DNA of 64,000 nt, taken from positions 384,927-448,926 of the forward strand of contig JAUJPC010000002.1 in NCBI GenBank assembly GCA_030447305.1. The letters are read 5' to 3'. Shown piece by piece: positions 58,187 to 64,000 of this stretch (position 1 is the first letter of the stretch; each line of letters opens with the position of its first letter). The position numbers and the translations under genes were made by a program. Source of the stretch: Actinomycetota bacterium (GTDB lineage Bacteria > Actinomycetota > CADDZG01 > JAHWKV01). The notes under the pieces were generated by a model that did no database searches, had not been told where the DNA came from, and saw only the letters and a program-made list of their open reading frames with translations.

Positions 58187-59001
58187 TCAGCCCACCGAGG
58201 ATGTCGCGGCGTTCCAGTCGAAGCGCACCGCGGCGCTCCGGCGGGTCGCCTCGTGACTTGGGTATCTTGAGATCGAGTCCCCGAGAGGCCGTTCCCGACC
58301 GTAGTGATCAACGTAGCCCCGCAACACCCGTTCAAGGTGGCGCCGGCTGCGGATCAGAATCTCGTCCAAGCATTCGCTTCGAACGGTTAGGACCCAACGC
58401 TCCGCGAAAGCGTTCGCTCGAGGTGCCCGGTACGGCGTGCGGATGATCTGGATACCCTCGGACACGCATAGCTCGTCAAAGGGACCGGTGAACTTGCAAT
58501 CCCGGTCGTGGATCAGAGATCGTGGGGAAACGAATCGTCGTCCCGAGCGATGAACAGATTCCTTGCCTGCTGGGTCACCCATGTCGGGGGTGGGCAGTTA
58601 TCCCGGCCATATGGACCTTGCCGGGTGGAAAGCTCGATGAAGAACAAGACGTACAAGGTCTTGAGCCAGACCGTCTCAACGGTGAAGAAGTCGGTGGCGA
58701 TAATCCCGTGCGCCTGAGCGCGCAAGAACTCCGACCAGCTCGGCCCATCCCGACGGGGAGCCGGCTGCAGTCCGTGATCCTTCAAAACCCGCCGGACCGT
58801 GGAGGTCCCCACCCGGATACCCAGCTTGTGAAGTTCACCCTGGATTCGCATGTAGCCCCAGCGTGGTGAAAGAACTAGGGGCGGTGAATGAATCTCGGAT
58901 GAACGGTTGGTCTTCAGACACCACTGCCGCGGACGTAGCCCTGGTTGCTGCCAGAAAGCCTGCCAGAGTCGGCGGGGGAGCAGCTGAGCGCAGGTCACCA
59001 A
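58187..59001 (-). mobile_element. DDE transposase (rve integrase core) remnant, frameshifted into two ORFs
   Basis: ORFs 58513..59001 and 58187..58582 together give WGYMRIQGELHKLG...DFFTVET...IHDRDCKFTG...AFAERWV...YVDHYGRERP; no intact N-terminal HTH found. Confidence 0.6.
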
Positions 59002-59142
59002 TACTGTCGATCAGCCGCAGAGTACTTCGGCCGTTTGACCTGCCCGGCGCAGGATCGCGAGCTGGTGCCGCAAGACGGCGATCTCAACGTCCTTGTGAGC
59101 GTCGGATCCGGGGCGCCCGAACAGAAGCCAGAACGTTCGGCC

Positions 59143-59174
59143 GACGATGACATATAGAGACGATGACATATAGA
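59143..59174 (+). repeat. perfect tandem duplication of a 16 nt unit (GACGATGACATATAGA x2)
   Basis: Read directly; lies just outside the transposase remnant. Confidence 0.8.
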
Positions 59175-59597
59175 AAGGTAAGGGTCATCGGGCGATTATC
59201 GCTGTCAGCCGAGTTTTTGAACCTTACGGGCCGGAGGAAACGCCGGAGCGTGCGGCCAAGCGCGTCGCAGCCGAAGCCGGAAGAAACTTGGCTAATACCG
59301 TTCGCGCACCCTTTCTGCGGCACACAGACTGGGACCGGAGCGCGCGTTAACTGCGGGGGAGAGGGTGCTCCAGGACATGATTACGAGCCTTATCACCCGA
59401 ATCGGCGGGAGGTGGCGCTCCATAACTGCCCATTTAACGAGCTCGCGCGTCAGGCGTCAGACTTGGTGTGTGGGATGAACCATGCATTCTTGAAGGGTCT
59501 GACCAAGGGCCTGGGTAGTGAGTCCGTGCAGGTTTTGCTGGAGCCGTCCGAGGTGGAGTGCTGTGTACGACTTCGTTTGCCTGAATCGTCAAAGGGC

Positions 59598-60071
59598 TCA
59601 GGGGCCTAGGAAGAGGCCGAGGATAACGCCGTAGACCACGTGCGCGATGAATGTAACCAGGGCCGTTTCCTTGCCGTAGTTGAGGGCGAACAGGCCCGGA
59701 GGCTCCAGAACCCCACCGAGCCTAGGTCCTGCGCGCTCTGAAGCCATTCGGGGATGGATCCCGGGGAGCAACGGGATGAGCAGTGTCAGCGCAGCAAGAC
59801 CGTGGAAGGCTCCGAACATTGCACCGAGCCACCAAGATGCGTTTCCAAGATTGTCGAAGGCTGCCAAATAGAACACTGCGAAGAACTGACCCACCAGCAA
59901 ATGTACAAAAAATCCGGCCACCCGTGCTCGGTCGGCGTCGCCGACAACCAGAGTGCCCAGCATCATGGGCAGATCCATCCGAGTGAGACCAGCCAGCTGA
60001 GCAGCGACCATGATTCCGGTCAGGGCAATAGTGGCGCCGAATCCGAATGTTGCCCATCCCGACCAGTCCAT
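59598..60071 (-). CDS. small membrane protein, hypothetical
   Basis: Four hydrophobic segments; start overlaps GH15 stop by 1 nt. Confidence 0.5.
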   Translation of the reverse strand: MDWSGWATFGFGATIALTGIMVAAQLAGLTRMDLPMMLGTLVVGDADRARVAGFFVHLLVGQFFAVFYLAAFDNLGNASWWLGAMFGAFHGLAALTLLIPLLPGIHPRMASERAGPRLGGVLEPPGLFALNYGKETALVTFIAHVVYGVILGLFLGP

Positions 60072-61888
60072 CAGTTTCGCTCCAAAAGGTCGGTGGTGGA
60101 TCGCGATTCGTCTGACGCCTTGTCAATTGCGATGGCGGCCTGAACCAGTGCCGCGTGGGTAAGTGCCTGGGGGAAGTTCCCTAGCAGCTCACCCGTCAGC
60201 GGATTGATCTCCTCGCTAAATAGACCCAGATCGTTGGCGAAGGTCAACAGCTGATCGAACAGCGCCGTCGCCTGGTCCAGCTCCCCCTGGCGCGCGAGCG
60301 CTTGAACTAGCCAGAACGAGCAAGGAAGAAACGCCCCCTCGTCACCCTCCATCAGGTCAGCCCCCGGTGGGTAACGGTAAATAAGTCCCCTTCCGGCACT
60401 GAGTTGGTCTTGGATTGCCGACACTGTACCCTCGATCCGGCGCGATCCTTGTTCCTCAAATTCGAGCATTGGCAACAGCAGCAGAGCGGCGTCGAGATGC
60501 CTGGAGCCGTAGCTCCAAACGTATGAGTTCATCTCGGTGTTGAAACCCTTGCTCTTGATGTCGGCCGCTAGCAGCTCCGCCTGCTCCCGCCAGACCCGTA
60601 ACTGAGACGGACGGGCGCCTTGCGACGTCGCCATTTTCACTGCTCGATCGAGCGCCAGCCATCCCATCAGTTTCGAGTGAACGTGGTGTGCGGGCTCCCC
60701 ACGAACCTCCCATATGCCGGCATCGGGAAGTCGCCAGCTACGAGCGACGTAGTCGGCGAACGCTCGAAGCGCTCGCCATGCCTCTCTCCCGAGTTTTTGG
60801 CCCGATTGGGTCATCAACCAAGCCGCATCAACGACCCACCCGTATACGTCCAGCTGATGCTGTTCGCTTGCAGCGTTGCCGACCCTAACGGGGCGGCTGC
60901 CTCTATAACCGCTTGCTTCACTAACCTCTCGTTCAGCCGGTCCTGGCTTGCCGTGAACTGTGTAGAGAACGTCCATCCGGGGATGGGTGAGCCGGCTGGC
61001 ATGGGTAAGCCAATGCATGAAGGAGTGCGCCTCCTCCTGCTTGCCCGCCGCCAAGAAGGCGGCTACTCCGATGCTCGCATCCCGAGGCCACGAGAAGCGA
61101 TAGTCCCAGTTGCGCCCGCCGCCCAACACTTCGGGGAGAGAGGTGGTCGGCGCGGCCACCGGAGCGCCAGAAGGGGAGTAGGTCAGCAACCGAAGAGTGA
61201 TTAGGCTGCGCTGGACCGCATCCCTGAAAGGGCCATGGTAGAGCAACTCTGACGACCACTGACGCCACCACGACGTTGTGCGCGCAAGGTGCCTGCCCGC
61301 CGTCTCACTGCTCAGCAAGACCACTGGCGATCGATCCGCCAAGGCGAGGTGAAACGTAATCTCTTCGTCGGAGTCAAGCTGAACCTCGAGTTCCCGCCCA
61401 GGTTCGAACACCATCTCAGGGGTAGTAGACAAGCCGATCGCCAGTGACCCCCATGAGCAGATAAGGGCACCGTGGCGTTTTTCAGATCGTGGAGGAAGAC
61501 CCTTCAAGCTGCGCCGGGGATCGAACAGGATACGAAGCGAGACCGAGCCACTCATGCAGCGGACCGTCCTCACAAGAAGCGCCTGAGGCAGCAACGTTCC
61601 GCTCAACTCTAAAATCATCGCATCGGTGAGCACGGCTCGACCCGTACTCGTCTCCCACTTGGTGTCAAGGACGGCGGAACCAGGGCGATAAGCGCGAGAT
61701 GCCGAATAAGGGTCCGTAGGAGTGATTTCGAAACATCCTGCACGTTCGCCCCCGACTAGTCGCCCAAAAACCGGCTCGGAATCGAACCTGGGCAGGCACA
61801 ACCAATCGATCGAACCGGCGAGCGAGCACAGAGCAGCTGATCGCGTGTCACCGATCAATGCGTAATCACTTATCGATGGTTGATTCAT
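60071..61888 (-). CDS. glycoside hydrolase family 15 (glucoamylase/trehalase-like)
   Basis: N-terminal YALIGDTRSAALCSLAGSIDWLCLPRFDS and (alpha/alpha)6 catalytic domain pattern. Confidence 0.8.
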   Translation of the reverse strand: MNQPSISDYALIGDTRSAALCSLAGSIDWLCLPRFDSEPVFGRLVGGERAGCFEITPTDPYSASRAYRPGSAVLDTKWETSTGRAVLTDAMILELSGTLLPQALLVRTVRCMSGSVSLRILFDPRRSLKGLPPRSEKRHGALICSWGSLAIGLSTTPEMVFEPGRELEVQLDSDEEITFHLALADRSPVVLLSSETAGRHLARTTSWWRQWSSELLYHGPFRDAVQRSLITLRLLTYSPSGAPVAAPTTSLPEVLGGGRNWDYRFSWPRDASIGVAAFLAAGKQEEAHSFMHWLTHASRLTHPRMDVLYTVHGKPGPAEREVSEASGYRGSRPVRVGNAASEQHQLDVYGWVVDAAWLMTQSGQKLGREAWRALRAFADYVARSWRLPDAGIWEVRGEPAHHVHSKLMGWLALDRAVKMATSQGARPSQLRVWREQAELLAADIKSKGFNTEMNSYVWSYGSRHLDAALLLLPMLEFEEQGSRRIEGTVSAIQDQLSAGRGLIYRYPPGADLMEGDEGAFLPCSFWLVQALARQGELDQATALFDQLLTFANDLGLFSEEINPLTGELLGNFPQALTHAALVQAAIAIDKASDESRSTTDLLERN

Positions 61889-61971
61889 GCCTCACCGGCC
61901 TCGAGCAACAGAAGCAATCTCCTCGGTTGCAGTTCTACTACTAAAGTCCATTATCGATAGATATTTGAGCA

Positions 61972-63228
61972 GTGCTAACGTGGAGCGCCCCGGACATCGA
62001 GGCAGAGGCCCGAGCGTGGCTCTGTAATAAGAGATCAAGGAGGATGATGCCTGGACGTCTTAGCGAAAACATGCTGCGGGCCGCACAAACATCCAATTTG
62101 GATACTCCCGCACGTAGAGCAATGGGCTTGCTTTACCGGCGACTGCTTGAGCTCGGTTTATGGCGCCACATTCGCTCCGTCGGTGGCGCCGTCACAATTG
62201 GGGCTGGAGGTGCGCATTTTACATCGGAAGACAACAGAGCATTCCTGGATGACCTGCTCATTACCGGTAGGTTCTGTCGCGACACTCCCGGTGGCGGACT
62301 GTTGCATCATGGCCAGATCTCGTTACGAGAGATCACCGATGGCCCCGGTCTACACCTTTCTCTTGATGACGACAACCGAATCTATGTCCACATCGACCGC
62401 ATCTCCCCTGCAGTTGGGATCACCCCCGACGGCACGTGCCGGTACGATCGCCTCCGATCGTTGCAACATATGCGACGAGAGGTCTTTCCTCTCGTCATGC
62501 GGTCTTACCGTTCCGACTTTGACGAAACAAAAAAAGATCGGCGAGCGCGGCTAGAACTCTACGACGCACAGCGGGCGTGGTGCGAAGCGGTCGAGGCCGA
62601 TCGTAAGGAAGAGTCAATAGAGGCTGGAGTCAGGCTTGCTGGTCTTCTTGCTGTTGAAAAAGAGAGCGCTCGGAGAATGGCTCAGAAGCTGTATCAGCTA
62701 GCCATTGATTCCGGCCATGAGGATTTTGCACCGGCCGCCGCCTTTGGTCTCGGCACCCTTCTGGAGGAAAGGAACGAGACGGCCCAGGCACAAGAAGCCT
62801 ACGAGCGAGCCCAGGCGTCGGGACATCCCGAGTTCGGGCCCTTGGCCGCATACAACCTGGGGATTCTCTTCGAAAGGCTTGAGCAATTTGATCGTGCAAA
62901 GGAAGCCTTAGGGCAAGCCATCCTTTTTGGCCATCCCGACATCACTTCATGGGCAGCCTTAAAGCTCGGCGACCTTCTGGCGGCATTAGGAGAACATGAG
63001 GATGCGCTTTACAGTTTCGAGCTGGTGATTTATTTGCGTCATCCGGAGTACGCGTCGTTAGGTGCGATTAGCGCAGCTAAACTTCTTGCTGATCTGGGCA
63101 AACACGACCGGGCCAGGGCGGCATATGAGCAAGCCATCGGGCTCGGCCCGGCCGATACAGCGAGAATCGCGGCCGAAGAAGCCGAACAACTTGAACGCAT
63201 GGCGAATCAGGATTTACGGACGAATTGA
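61972..63228 (+). CDS. TPR repeat-containing protein
   Basis: C-terminal half has TPR-like repeats (AAFGLGTLLEERNETAQAQEAYERA, AAYNLGILFERLEQFDRAKEAL). Confidence 0.5.
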   Translation: MLTWSAPDIEAEARAWLCNKRSRRMMPGRLSENMLRAAQTSNLDTPARRAMGLLYRRLLELGLWRHIRSVGGAVTIGAGGAHFTSEDNRAFLDDLLITGRFCRDTPGGGLLHHGQISLREITDGPGLHLSLDDDNRIYVHIDRISPAVGITPDGTCRYDRLRSLQHMRREVFPLVMRSYRSDFDETKKDRRARLELYDAQRAWCEAVEADRKEESIEAGVRLAGLLAVEKESARRMAQKLYQLAIDSGHEDFAPAAAFGLGTLLEERNETAQAQEAYERAQASGHPEFGPLAAYNLGILFERLEQFDRAKEALGQAILFGHPDITSWAALKLGDLLAALGEHEDALYSFELVIYLRHPEYASLGAISAAKLLADLGKHDRARAAYEQAIGLGPADTARIAAEEAEQLERMANQDLRTN

Positions 63229-63291
63229 GGTTGACTGCTGTACTGGTTATGCAAATGGAGCCGAAGCACCTAAGAAGGGGCAGTAATCGTC

Positions 63292-64000
63292 GTGCGATTG
63301 ACCACAAGAATCGAGCAGATGGAATCTGTCGACCCCTTCGCACGCCTCGTCCAAAAACTCGTCTCCCGGGCAGTCCCACAGCAGTCGCTCCAAAAGGACC
63401 TGCTCAGCGGCACTTGGATAGGCCGTCCACTTCATCCGATACTCACAGATGTCGTGATCGGTACCTGGATCAGCGCTTTCTTGCTCGACTTGCTTTCTGA
63501 CGAGCGCACGGAAAGAGCGGCGGATCGGCTCCTGTCCATCGGCAATGTGTCAGCGCTTCCCACGATTGCGGCCGGCTTATCCGACTGGTCGGACCTTTGG
63601 GGGGCTCAGCAACGTGTGGGATCGGCTCATGCATTAGGCAATACGGCGGCTCTTTGCCTTCAAATCTTGTCCTCAAGAGCTCGTAAGAATGGCAGCCGCA
63701 AGGCAGCGAAGCTGTTGACACTTGCCGCCGTCGGCATTGGCGGAGGATCCGCCTACCTGGGCGGACACCTCTCCTTCGTAAATGGGGTTGGGGTGAACCG
63801 GACGGCCTTCGAAGCATGGCCTCAGGAGTGGATGCCGGTGATCGCCGACGACGACCTCCCCGAGGGCACCCTTATCGAGTCCAAGGTGAATGAGGTGCGC
63901 GTCCTGCTCTACAAGGAAGGAGAGGAGATTTATGCGCTCTCCGATAGGTGTACTCATCGGGGATGCCGCCTTCACCTTGGTCAGGTCAAAGACTTGAGCG
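63292..64000 (+). CDS. membrane protein with C-terminal Rieske [2Fe-2S] domain, 3'-partial
   Basis: Open frame to window end from GTG 63292 (AAGGGG upstream); hydrophobic N-terminal region; Rieske box CTHRGCRLH at window edge. Confidence 0.6.
   Translation, partial: MRLTTRIEQMESVDPFARLVQKLVSRAVPQQSLQKDLLSGTWIGRPLHPILTDVVIGTWISAFLLDLLSDERTERAADRLLSIGNVSALPTIAAGLSDWSDLWGAQQRVGSAHALGNTAALCLQILSSRARKNGSRKAAKLLTLAAVGIGGGSAYLGGHLSFVNGVGVNRTAFEAWPQEWMPVIADDDLPEGTLIESKVNEVRVLLYKEGEEIYALSDRCTHRGCRLHLGQVKDLS

Overview
High-GC (Actinobacteria-like; WhiB, MarP, UPF0182, PanB, Lgt present) chromosomal window, annotated by eye from the six-frame track with hand-counted coordinates. Positions 1-48000 are core genome: a 5'-partial Ser/Thr kinase, a site-2 protease fused to a PDZ/Lon-like module, Hsp20, panB, nth, and a large 2-oxoacid dehydrogenase plus lipoylation cluster (lpd, aceE, E2, lipB, fused E1 alpha/beta, lipA), then lgt, ferredoxin, IscA-like, whiB, an ECF sigma/anti-sigma pair, mreB, MarP-like and YlbL-like proteases, a large sensor kinase, DivIVA and UPF0182. 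A tRNA-Met (initiator-like) at 47992-68 is followed by a seemingly lower-GC, gene-decayed island (about 48.1-59.2 kb) with IS transposase fragments, a truncated ABC-type ATPase, a frameshifted multicopper oxidase and a DtxR-family regulator. Two things stand out. First, the island carries a translationally coupled operon of a ubiquitin-like beta-grasp protein, a small Cys-free protein and a JAB-E1 fusion, preceded by HTH and ImmA-like regulator genes; this looks like a ubiquitin-like conjugation or sulfur-carrier system, possibly defensive. Second, a rhodanese-MoeB/ThiF gene has a single in-frame TGA exactly at the conserved active-site Cys position, making it a selenoprotein candidate; the JAB-E1 gene also has one in-frame TGA at a Cys-aligned position. 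No CRISPR array or rRNA was seen. All family assignments are motif-based recognition without database searches.
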